Assembly: GCA_902526005.1 (NCBI GenBank)
Contig: CABZIW010000001.1
Coordinates: forward strand, 94,988-158,987
DNA length: 64,000 nt
Direction: 5' to 3'
DNA from: an uncultured Pelagibacteraceae bacterium
GTDB lineage: Bacteria > Pseudomonadota > Alphaproteobacteria > Pelagibacterales > AG-422-B15
The notes under the pieces were generated by a model, which saw only the letters and a list, made by a program, of their open reading frames with translations, made no database searches and was not told the DNA's origin. Both the position numbers and the translations under genes were made by a program. Of this stretch, positions 10,329 through 18,533 are shown piece by piece (position 1 is the stretch's first letter; every line of letters starts with the position of its first letter).

Positions 10329-10727
10329 TTATCTATTCTTTGGACTTAAACTATGAACAACGTTTGTGCACACTCCCCATATGGTAAAATCCATTTCTTC
10401 AGAGACTAGAACATCAACATAGTTCTTGTTAGATGACGACAAACAAACTTGTTTATTTTCCATTTTTAAAATTTTAACACTCAGTTCCCCATCTAAAACT
10501 GCTATGATTATAGAGTTATTTCGAGGCTTAATGCTCCGATCAACAATGAGAAGATCTCCTGGATAAATACCTGAACCAATCATAGAGTCACCACGTGCTC
10601 GGACTATGAAAGTCGCATTTGGATGTGGAATAAGTTCCTCATTTAAGTCAATTGTCCCCTCTGTAAAATCTCTCGCTGGAGAGGGAAAACCGCACTCTAC
10701 TGCTTCTTTATAAAATGTTAAAAACAT
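10329..10727 (-). CDS. umuD: DNA polymerase V accessory subunit, LexA-like S24 self-cleaving protein
   Basis: VECGFPSPARDF...DLNEELIPHPNATFIVRARGDSMIGSGIYPGDLLIVDRS matches the UmuD cleavage site (C-G) and the Ser/Lys dyad region. I place the start at ATG 10727. The ORF-track start at 10796 is GTG, and that extension contains a promoter and SOS box (see the next two features). Confidence 0.85.
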   Translation of the reverse strand: MFLTFYKEAVECGFPSPARDFTEGTIDLNEELIPHPNATFIVRARGDSMIGSGIYPGDLLIVDRSIKPRNNSIIIAVLDGELSVKILKMENKQVCLSSSNKNYVDVLVSEEMDFTIWGVCTNVVHSLSPKNR

Positions 10728-10744
10728 TGGATAAATTCTATTTT

Positions 10745-10759
10745 GTTCTTGTTTTGTTC
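10745..10759 (-). promoter_or_regulatory. alphaproteobacterial-type LexA (SOS) box, GTTC-N7-GTTC
   Basis: The plus strand reads GTTCTTGTTTTGTTC, which is GAAC-N7-GAAC on the coding strand. It begins 2 nt downstream of the -10 hexamer and ends 17 nt upstream of ATG 10727. Confidence 0.65.
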
Positions 10760-10761
10760 TA

Positions 10762-10790
10762 ATTATTGCACTAGTGGAGGTAAGAGTCAA
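10762..10790 (-). promoter_or_regulatory. sigma-70-like promoter of umuDC
   Basis: On the minus strand: TTGACT (10790-10785), a 17-nt spacer, then AATAAT (10767-10762). Confidence 0.5.
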
Positions 10791-10807
10791 TACCACTCAA
10801 TAAATTT

Positions 10808-11752
10808 TTATGAAAAAAATTGTTTTTGAAAAAATGAAACAGCGTCTTTGTGACATTGCTTACGAGCCGCCCAATTACCTCCCGCATGAGCTCCGAGAAT
10901 ATCAGGTGTTTCTTTTAACAAACGCATTCTTTCTTCAAGTGAGTCTAGATGAAAAGTATTATTGTTTTCATCAGTAAAAATTTGTCGTCCATCCATCTTT
11001 AAATCAATAAACATGTCTTTCAGCCTAATGGCATAAGGAATAAATTCAACAGGGTCAATAGAGTCAAAAGAATGATGAGCGTTTGGATAAGTTGTAAGCT
11101 CTACACTACGAACAGGTTTCATATACTCGATCATTTTCTTACAAAGACTTAAAGGAGTATAGTCGTCATCTTCTCCAAATAAAACATGCATTGGAGCATC
11201 TGACCAACGATTATCTTCGGGCTTAAGTAGTGTCCCAGGATAAATAGGTAAATGCGCAGCAAACTTTTCGCCATTCTGAGTGAGAGTATCAATAATAGGT
11301 TGCCAGGCTGCATAAAAAGCTGTGCTACCGCCAAGACTCCACCCCATGATACCTATTTTATCACTATCAACATCGGGATGTTTAGAAACTAATGTTAATG
11401 CACGAAAGGCATCAGTAATCATCGAAGCAAGCGTTACTTCTGTTTGATTTTCAACGATTGAAATAACTCCTCTAGATTCAAAATGATGAATCCTAAAAAT
11501 AGCAAACCCAGCATCTAATAAATTGACCATGTGAGTGTGATGACCTTCTCTTAACCCTGCGCTACCATGAATTGGTATTATTAGAGGACATGGCTTCTTT
11601 GCATTTTCAGGAAAAATTAGTGTACCCCAAACATCTTGTTTATCATCCATGTTCTTACCATTTAGAAGATCATAAAACTCATATGGATTAGATGACTTAA
11701 AAAAGAAGACACCTTTTTTTTTCTTTTCAAATGGATTTATTTTGTCGGACAT
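10808..11752 (-). CDS. dienelactone-hydrolase-like alpha/beta hydrolase
   Basis: 314 aa with nucleophile elbow GWSLGGSTAF, downstream Asp (GEDDDYTP) and His (NAHHSFD) in DLH-family order. Confidence 0.7.
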   Translation of the reverse strand: MSDKINPFEKKKKGVFFFKSSNPYEFYDLLNGKNMDDKQDVWGTLIFPENAKKPCPLIIPIHGSAGLREGHHTHMVNLLDAGFAIFRIHHFESRGVISIVENQTEVTLASMITDAFRALTLVSKHPDVDSDKIGIMGWSLGGSTAFYAAWQPIIDTLTQNGEKFAAHLPIYPGTLLKPEDNRWSDAPMHVLFGEDDDYTPLSLCKKMIEYMKPVRSVELTTYPNAHHSFDSIDPVEFIPYAIRLKDMFIDLKMDGRQIFTDENNNTFHLDSLEERMRLLKETPDILGAHAGGNWAARKQCHKDAVSFFQKQFFS

Positions 11753-11794
11753 TACGGGGAGAGATTAAAGGAAATAAAATACGAATACAAATGT

Positions 11795-11845
11795 AAAAAA
11801 GGGTCCACTTGAATAATCATTGGGGAAAAAAGTGGACCCTTTTTA
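11795..11845 (-). terminator. intrinsic terminator downstream of amtB
   Basis: GGGTCCACT (11801-11809) pairs with AGTGGACCC (11831-11839). It is flanked by an A-run and a T-run, and on the minus strand the stem is followed by TTTTTT. The loop is large (21 nt). Confidence 0.6.
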
Positions 11846-11864
11846 TTAGTTTAAAAGAGTGAAC

Positions 11865-13133
11865 TTAGTCTCTAATTGAGTAGGCGATAACACCTGTCTC
11901 AGCTACGTCTGTTCCTTCTTTTTCAGCTTCTTCGCTAATCCTTATACCGATTGTGGCTTTCATAATTGACCATATAATTATGGACACTACGAATACGAAC
12001 ACACAAATTGATGCTGTGCCTAGGAATTGGGTTCCAAAGCTAGTATCCGGATTAGTAATTGGTACAGCAAGAGTACCCCATACACCTGCGATAAGGTGAA
12101 CTGGAATCGCTCCTACAACATCGTCAATTTTCATGGCTGTGAGTAACTCAGTACCAGCAAATACTAGTGCACCACCAATACCGCCAATAATGATTGCCAT
12201 TAAAGGTGTTGGCATTAATGGTTCTGCAGTTATTGCAACTAAACCACCAAGCGCACCATTTAACATCATTACTACATCAGTTTTACCTCTGACCAATCTT
12301 GTGATAGCAGCACATACTAGTACACCAGCACAAGCAGCAAGGTTTGTATTAATGTAAATTGTAGCAACGGCTGTAGCATCATCAAAAGATCCTAATGCCA
12401 GCTGTGAACCACCATTAAATCCAAACCAACCTAGCCATAGAATAAATACACCTAGAGTTGCAAGAGGTATAGATGAGTTTGCAAACGGTACTAATTTACC
12501 GTTATCAAATCTTCCAAGCCTTGGACCAAGAACAATTGCACCAGCTAATGCTGCAGCACCACCTGCTGCGTGCACAAGAGTTGAACCAGCAAAGTCTGAG
12601 AAGCCAGCAGCAGATAACCATCCACCACCCCATTGCCAACCCATCTCGATTGGATAAATTACACCCGTTAAAATTGCTACGAATAAAAAGAATGGCCAAA
12701 TTTTTATTCTTTCAGCTAATGTTCCTGAAACAATTGAAGCTGTTGTTGCACAGAAAACCATTTGAAAGAACCAGTCAGATCCATCAGAATAACCTGTAGC
12801 AATAGCAGAGCCGTCACTCCAAGCTGTAAATGATCCAATGTATCCACCTTCAGGTATTCCATAGGCCAAATTATATCCTACTAGCCAGAACATAATTCCA
12901 GCAATTGAATAAAGGCCAATGTTTTTTGCGGCTATCGTAGATACGCTTTTCGATGTAACTAAACCAGACTCTAACATACAGAATCCAGCAGCCATCCACA
13001 TCACTAGGAAACCACTAATTAAAAACAAAAGTGTATTTAAAGCATATGCCGTTTCGTCATCGACAGCTGCAAAAGCATTAGCGGATAATAGTGATGAAAA
13101 TAATACTGTATAAAGTATAACTTTTTTAAACAT
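11865..13133 (-). CDS. amtB: ammonium transporter
   Basis: 422 aa with a signal peptide (SANAFA). Amt/MEP-family core includes DFAGSTLVHAAGGAAALAGAIVLGPR and LGWFGFNGGS. Confidence 0.92.
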   Translation of the reverse strand: MFKKVILYTVLFSSLLSANAFAAVDDETAYALNTLLFLISGFLVMWMAAGFCMLESGLVTSKSVSTIAAKNIGLYSIAGIMFWLVGYNLAYGIPEGGYIGSFTAWSDGSAIATGYSDGSDWFFQMVFCATTASIVSGTLAERIKIWPFFLFVAILTGVIYPIEMGWQWGGGWLSAAGFSDFAGSTLVHAAGGAAALAGAIVLGPRLGRFDNGKLVPFANSSIPLATLGVFILWLGWFGFNGGSQLALGSFDDATAVATIYINTNLAACAGVLVCAAITRLVRGKTDVVMMLNGALGGLVAITAEPLMPTPLMAIIIGGIGGALVFAGTELLTAMKIDDVVGAIPVHLIAGVWGTLAVPITNPDTSFGTQFLGTASICVFVFVVSIIIWSIMKATIGIRISEEAEKEGTDVAETGVIAYSIRD

Positions 13134-13284
13134 GTATTTTCTCCCTATTTTTTTTTGATACCGGCATCATTTATTAAATGGCGGGATTCACAATTATGGT
13201 TGAATGCCAATATGACAACGTGTGGAAAAAAATTAATATTTAATAAAATCAATAATTTAGCAATGACTTTCTAATGCTAAATAT

Positions 13285-13449
13285 TCATTTATCTCGATTC
13301 CTCCAAGCATCTGCAGCAAGAAAAACTACACCAATCATCATCGATAAGTAAACAAAGTATAAAATAGTGAGTCCATATGCAGTCAAATATGCCCAGCTAA
13401 ACAAGGAACCTACGACAACAGATATTATGCTTGGAATTAAAAATTTCAT
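13285..13449 (-). CDS. unannotated 54-aa two-TM membrane peptide (hypothetical)
   Basis: Below the ORF-track cutoff. ATG at 13449, TGA at 13285-13287. Sequence: MKFLIPSIISVVVGSLFSWAYLTAYGLTILYFVYLSMMIGVVFLAADAWRNRDK. It has two hydrophobic helices and a charged tail. The only support is the ORF and its hydropathy. Confidence 0.35.
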   Translation of the reverse strand: MKFLIPSIISVVVGSLFSWAYLTAYGLTILYFVYLSMMIGVVFLAADAWRNRDK

Positions 13450-13465
13450 GAATTCAGAAAATTGA

Positions 13466-15871
13466 TTAAGAGAGAAAATCTACATAAATTGGTGACGACC
13501 ATGCGCGATGTTCATCAATTTCAGAACAAGTTTCAATATCTCTCGGATGTCTCCAGTCTTGCGTACACAATTTAAATTCTATACAATTACCTTCATCATC
13601 AAAAGTGCATACACCACCCTTCACATTTATCTGAGGTGATGGCAATTCAATAGCGCGGACATAATAACTTGCGTCTTTTTGATCTTTAAGGAAATCCTCA
13701 TCCTTAAATCTAAACGTACACCCAACATCATCTGGATTACAATAATGTACTTTCCACGTATCAATTATACGGTCATCTATAGGTTGATCAGAATATTCTT
13801 GAGGTAAAACTTTTATGACTTCAATGCGTTGTATAAAATTTCTTTTATCACTTGGATTATAACATTCGTTGTAACACAATTCATCTACTCTGTCTTCTCC
13901 AAGAGCATTATACGCATCTTCTGGACATCCTGGCTTTTGTTCAAATGATCCCATAGCCTTGACTTCAAATTCTGGTACAGCATACATTTCAACAGATGAG
14001 CCCATAGGAATTTTTTTATCACCACTAATCATATTGAACCATAGAAGAATTCTAGTTCCACTTGTTGCATAGGTTTCTTTTCTTTTAAGAGCATCCCATA
14101 TTTCTTCTTTTGAACGTCCATCTGAATGTACAGCAGCTAATCCACCTGTAGTGAAGAAGCCTCTTTGTTTTTCCCATTCAATTGTATTAAATCCAACAAT
14201 CAACTCTGGGATTTCATATTGTTGAGGTTGAGAGTCAGATATGTATGAGTCTTTAACTGGGTTTGAATTCTTGCCGGTGGGGCTTAGACTTTTTGGAAAA
14301 TACCAAGGATCCATATGAAGTAGTCTATCAAAAAATTTAGTAGGTGGACCGCTTCCATCAATGTTATTTCCAAATAATTCTTTATATCCACTTCCCGGCG
14401 CAGAAGAGTGATTGTCACTTGAGCCTATAAAGCCGTATCGAAACCTATGTTTTGTGCCATCATCTTTGAATTTAGTGAGAGCCAAACCGTATTGAGCACT
14501 TGCTCCAGGTACGTGATTCATTGGGGGACTGTAACAATCAGTACATTGGCCAGAAATATTACGATCTAAGAAAGTATTTTTTGGGACAACTTGATAACCA
14601 GCTCGACCCCTATCTACCACTGACTGTTTTGTTTCTTCTCTTCTTGATGCGCACTCAGACTCATCTGTGCCTTCATCGATGCATCTCTCATATATTATCT
14701 TGCCGGCCTGCCAACACTGAGGAATGTAATTGTCAGATGGATCAGGACATGTTTGAGTTCCAATATCGATTACTTCTTCCGAACCATCAGGGTCTTCAAT
14801 GGTAAAAGTTCCTTGATTTAAATCAATATCACCCATTGTAAAAGTAAAAGGCCTTGACTCTTGTTGGCCATTTCTGACAACATCAACACCACGCCAAGAG
14901 CGATACTCTTCAGCGTTACCGTGCCCAGAATAGGTTTCGAGAAGCTCAAACATTTTTGGAAATTTTTTTGAGTGCTCTAAACTTTTATCAAGAGTATAGC
15001 CAGCGGGTGTATAAAGTCCCCATGATTGGCCATGAGGTATAACCATATAGTCACTATCGTACATCTCTAATCTTGTAACTAAATCAAGTGGCGTGACCGC
15101 TTGTTCGTAACAATCAAGCGGCAAATCTTTTGACGGTGTTCTTAAATTACAATCAGGTACTTTAACTGTTTCCACCTGATAACGTTGAAAGTCATTGTAA
15201 CGTTTGAAATTTTCAAGATCGACAAAAGGGTACAGTGTCCCTGGCAGCAATGGTCTTGCAGTCATTGCTTGTCGTGCTACAGATAATGATGCGATTGCTC
15301 GAGGTGGCACCAATTGATCATCTTCTTCCTTTAAAATTACATTGTGATGTCCCCAATGATTGCCTCTGACAACACCAACTTGTGTCCACTCCCAACCTAA
15401 GAATGCCACACAGTCAGGATTTGCTGGATCAACATTCAAGGCATTACATTTTCGAATAGTTTCTTTTGTTTCCATCCATCTCTTTGGAGTTGTTGCTTCT
15501 GCATGATCATTAATTGACCAAAAATCTAATGCTGAACAGTGTCTTGCAAAATCACAGGCATCTGCAACAGGATGTACGCCATTCCCTCCAGTAATAGGTA
15601 AGCTCATTGCATGCGCGTCAGCAGAAAAAGTTGAGTGAACATGCAAATCACCAAATAGGATTTGCTTTGTCGGTATTTCATTTAATGACTCCATGGCCTG
15701 AAGTTGTCGTTTTTTCTTATCTTCAACAAATTCAACTGTATTTATTTTTCCAGTGATTTCACCGGGCCCAAGGTCTTCACTGAATAAACCAAATTGTAAA
15801 ACAACAAGACAACTAATGATAAAGAGAATAGATAGAATAAAAAAATATCTTATAACTTTTAAAATATTCAT
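13466..15871 (-). CDS. exported, Cys-rich DUF3604-like (PHP-type) metal-dependent hydrolase
   Basis: N-terminal signal anchor, then LFGDLHVHSTFSADA and DFWSINDHAE (PHP-like His/Asp metal ligands), GSSDNHSSAPG, and C-terminal AWSSPIYV, as I recall for DUF3604. About 21 Cys in the extracytoplasmic part. The track start 15895 is GTG; I use ATG 15871 (MNILKVIRYFF...). Confidence 0.7.
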   Translation of the reverse strand: MNILKVIRYFFILSILFIISCLVVLQFGLFSEDLGPGEITGKINTVEFVEDKKKRQLQAMESLNEIPTKQILFGDLHVHSTFSADAHAMSLPITGGNGVHPVADACDFARHCSALDFWSINDHAEATTPKRWMETKETIRKCNALNVDPANPDCVAFLGWEWTQVGVVRGNHWGHHNVILKEEDDQLVPPRAIASLSVARQAMTARPLLPGTLYPFVDLENFKRYNDFQRYQVETVKVPDCNLRTPSKDLPLDCYEQAVTPLDLVTRLEMYDSDYMVIPHGQSWGLYTPAGYTLDKSLEHSKKFPKMFELLETYSGHGNAEEYRSWRGVDVVRNGQQESRPFTFTMGDIDLNQGTFTIEDPDGSEEVIDIGTQTCPDPSDNYIPQCWQAGKIIYERCIDEGTDESECASRREETKQSVVDRGRAGYQVVPKNTFLDRNISGQCTDCYSPPMNHVPGASAQYGLALTKFKDDGTKHRFRYGFIGSSDNHSSAPGSGYKELFGNNIDGSGPPTKFFDRLLHMDPWYFPKSLSPTGKNSNPVKDSYISDSQPQQYEIPELIVGFNTIEWEKQRGFFTTGGLAAVHSDGRSKEEIWDALKRKETYATSGTRILLWFNMISGDKKIPMGSSVEMYAVPEFEVKAMGSFEQKPGCPEDAYNALGEDRVDELCYNECYNPSDKRNFIQRIEVIKVLPQEYSDQPIDDRIIDTWKVHYCNPDDVGCTFRFKDEDFLKDQKDASYYVRAIELPSPQINVKGGVCTFDDEGNCIEFKLCTQDWRHPRDIETCSEIDEHRAWSSPIYVDFLS

Positions 15872-15955
15872 ATAAAAAAAGTATAGTTCTGGCACTGCTT
15901 ATGTCAAAAGTATTTTCGTTATAATGATAAAAAAACCTATGGTAATCTCTCTGAA

Positions 15956-16858
15956 ATGATGAAAATTTTTAATAAATTAAATGTATTATTTTTTACTGCG
16001 ATCCTAGCAGGACTTTTTTTGATTTTTTACGATACAATTAGTTTTAATGACAACTTATCTCTCAGCAATAAAAAAGCTGTTGCTTTAGTGAATGAGACAG
16101 TCATCACAGAAGACCAGTTCCTCAGATTTGCAACAAATCTTGGAGCTGATTTAGACCTTAGTAACGATTTTGAAATACTCGATCTTCTTCTTGAACGTAT
16201 GATTGAGGAGGAACTTTTGGTGCAAAGAGGTATAGAACTTAATCTTCACAAAAAAGATATTGGTGTAAGAAAGGAAATGATTACTCAGGTCATCGATTTT
16301 ATTATTCAGGTTGAAGATAATCAGATAACTGAAGCTGATGTGAGAGACTATTTTAAAAAAAATATAAATAAGTATGCGCCAACGGAAAAAATTAAATTTG
16401 ATTTTATTTTTTTAAAATCAAATAATCCAAATTCTGTTTTGCTAGGAACTGAGTCTGATCTTAAAACACTTGAAACAAAAATAAGCAATATTAACCTTGA
16501 GTTAGATACTAAAACATTTTCGGAGGTAAAGCAGAAGTATAATGAAAACAATTTGTTTGATATCCCTCAAAAATTAATAAATCTGAAAGATTGTGAACAA
16601 TTATTAGGCAAAGGCATTTGTAATCAGATAACCATGATGGAGATAAATTCTATTTCTGAACCAATTTTCGGAACCAATGGGTTTTATATTTTTAAACTAT
16701 ACGATATTCAAAAATTAGAAGTGAATGACGATTACTTCGAGGAAATAAAAGATAGAATTATATTTGATTATAACAATCAACTAGATGATCAAAAATTAAA
16801 AGACTACCTTATATATTTAAAAGAAAATTCATCCATCACTAGGTATGATTTTCAATAA
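15956..16858 (+). CDS. SurA/PpiD-like periplasmic chaperone with degenerate parvulin domain
   Basis: N-terminal anchor. SurA_N-like segment (VALVNETVITEDQFLRF...LLERMIEEELLVQ). The C-terminal parvulin-like region (FDFIFLKS...FSEVKQKY...SEPIFGTNGFYIFKL) lacks the canonical His-containing HIL motif. Confidence 0.5.
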   Translation: MMKIFNKLNVLFFTAILAGLFLIFYDTISFNDNLSLSNKKAVALVNETVITEDQFLRFATNLGADLDLSNDFEILDLLLERMIEEELLVQRGIELNLHKKDIGVRKEMITQVIDFIIQVEDNQITEADVRDYFKKNINKYAPTEKIKFDFIFLKSNNPNSVLLGTESDLKTLETKISNINLELDTKTFSEVKQKYNENNLFDIPQKLINLKDCEQLLGKGICNQITMMEINSISEPIFGTNGFYIFKLYDIQKLEVNDDYFEEIKDRIIFDYNNQLDDQKLKDYLIYLKENSSITRYDFQ

Positions 16859-16861
16859 ATA

Positions 16862-18085
16862 ATGAATTATATCATTGCAAACACAGTCATAATCCTCTTT
16901 TTTCTTTTATCGCCATTGAATGCCCACTACTTTAGTGAGTCATTCTCTAAATGGAACGTTGTAGATAACAAAGTTGAGGCAAATTTTTCTCTTTTAACAC
17001 TTGAGTCCACTCGTATTTTTCAAGTTGAAAACTACCAGAAGATTATGTTTGAAGAGAATTTGAGTGAGACCGATGTATTCAAAATCTACCTCAGCCAGCA
17101 TCTCAAAGTCACCTCAGAAGGCAAAAGTTGTTCTCTTGTTGATGAAATTAAAGAATTAAATTCGCAAGAAGGAAGTTTAAATCTCTCACTAAATTTTGAA
17201 TGTCCATCAAACAAAGAAATAAAAATTATAAATAATGCGCTGTTTAATCTTGTTCAAAGTCATATTCATATAGCACGTATCTACATTGATAATAATTTAT
17301 ATACTGAAAAAGCCTTATTTTTTAATGATCAGTCAATTGATTTAAATGAAGAAAAGGAAAATAATAGCTTCTCGAATAGTTTTTATAAATTTTTCTCATT
17401 GGGTCTTGATCATATTCTAAGTGGCTATGATCACTTGCTATTTATTCTTGGACTGTTGCTTTTAGTAACAAATTTAAAACGATTGCTTCTGGTAATCACG
17501 GGATTCACTATTGGACACAGTTTAACTCTATCACTTTCAGTAATAAACATTATCCAAGTAAAATCCTCTTTAGTTGAAGCATTAATTGGTTATACAATAA
17601 TGTTCGTCGGCTTGGAATATTTGTATAAAGAAAATAATGATCATAGAGTAAGTATGATCTTTATAACGACGCTAAGTTTATTACTTTTAATATTTGGCAA
17701 TTTAATCAATCCAAATTTTCCGTATTTCTTAATATTAGGAATACTTCTATTTTCTCTAGGTTATTTTTACTTACTTAAAAATTTAAATTCAGAAAATAAT
17801 TTGCTATCTATTATAACAATTATTTTTGGACTTATTCATGGATTTGGTTTTGGAGGATTTTTACTTGGCTCAAAAATAAGTAGTGAAAATATTTTCTCTG
17901 GATTATTAGGTTTCAATTTAGGTGTAGAAGTAGGTCAGATAATTTTTGTCTTATTAATTTTATTAATATACAAATTATTAATGACATTAAAAATTACAAA
18001 AATAATAGAAGTCATGAAAAATCTTTCATTCTTTGTGGTTGTTTTCTTTGGTTTCTTCTTTTTTATTCAAAGACTCATAGCTTAA
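16862..18085 (+). CDS. HupE/UreJ-like membrane protein with ~180-aa N-terminal extracytoplasmic domain
   Basis: Signal peptide ends ...SPLNA|HYFSES, so the mature N-terminus is predicted to be His. GLDHILSGYDHLLFILGLLLL matches the HupE/UreJ(_2) signature, followed by multiple TM helices. It starts 3 nt after the preceding gene. Confidence 0.65.
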   Translation: MNYIIANTVIILFFLLSPLNAHYFSESFSKWNVVDNKVEANFSLLTLESTRIFQVENYQKIMFEENLSETDVFKIYLSQHLKVTSEGKSCSLVDEIKELNSQEGSLNLSLNFECPSNKEIKIINNALFNLVQSHIHIARIYIDNNLYTEKALFFNDQSIDLNEEKENNSFSNSFYKFFSLGLDHILSGYDHLLFILGLLLLVTNLKRLLLVITGFTIGHSLTLSLSVINIIQVKSSLVEALIGYTIMFVGLEYLYKENNDHRVSMIFITTLSLLLLIFGNLINPNFPYFLILGILLFSLGYFYLLKNLNSENNLLSIITIIFGLIHGFGFGGFLLGSKISSENIFSGLLGFNLGVEVGQIIFVLLILLIYKLLMTLKITKIIEVMKNLSFFVVVFFGFFFFIQRLIA

Positions 18086-18531
18086 AAAACAAATAAAAAC
18101 ATCAGGCTCGTAATAACTATCACTATTGATGAAAGAGATATTCTCATTGTTATAAACCATAATTGTGAGATTTTTTGCTGTTGATACAAATAATAATCAT
18201 GAACGACAGATATTAGAAAGCTTACAAGAATTAAACCTAATGAGAGACTTAAATTCTCAATACTCAAAAGTGCAGCCCAAGCAATCAATGGGGGCATAAC
18301 AGATATAAAAAGTGGAATAAAGACGTAGTAAATTTTGTCAGCAAAAGCTGTGATTAGGCCCCACTGAATACCACCCAGAAATGATGAGATGATTGCTGCA
18401 TATGCAACATAAATAAATAAAAGTAATCCATACAATTCTTCAGTTGGAGGTGATATTGCGCATGCAATTAAAATTAAGATAAATGGAATTAATCCAAGTC
18501 CACCCAAAATAAATGATTGTTTTTGGCCCAT
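18082..18531 (-). CDS. DUF3429-like small integral membrane protein
   Basis: 149 aa with 4-5 TM helices and a GGIQWG motif, as I recall for DUF3429. Confidence 0.55.
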   Translation of the reverse strand: MGQKQSFILGGLGLIPFILILIACAISPPTEELYGLLLFIYVAYAAIISSFLGGIQWGLITAFADKIYYVFIPLFISVMPPLIAWAALLSIENLSLSLGLILVSFLISVVHDYYLYQQQKISQLWFITMRISLSSIVIVITSLMFLFVF

Positions 18532-18533
18532 AA

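Noticed and set aside
12133-13113. Four ORFs (12133-12357 +, 12473-12799 +, 12505-12699 -, 12919-13113 +) overlapping amtB
   Set aside because: These are antisense or alternative-frame artefacts of the GC-richer amtB. They have no recognisable domains, and the amtB frame is unambiguous.
13185-13210. TTGGCA on the minus strand upstream of amtB as a sigma-54 (-24/-12) promoter
   Set aside because: No TTGC -12 element is present at the required 5-nt spacing, so only the GG half matches.
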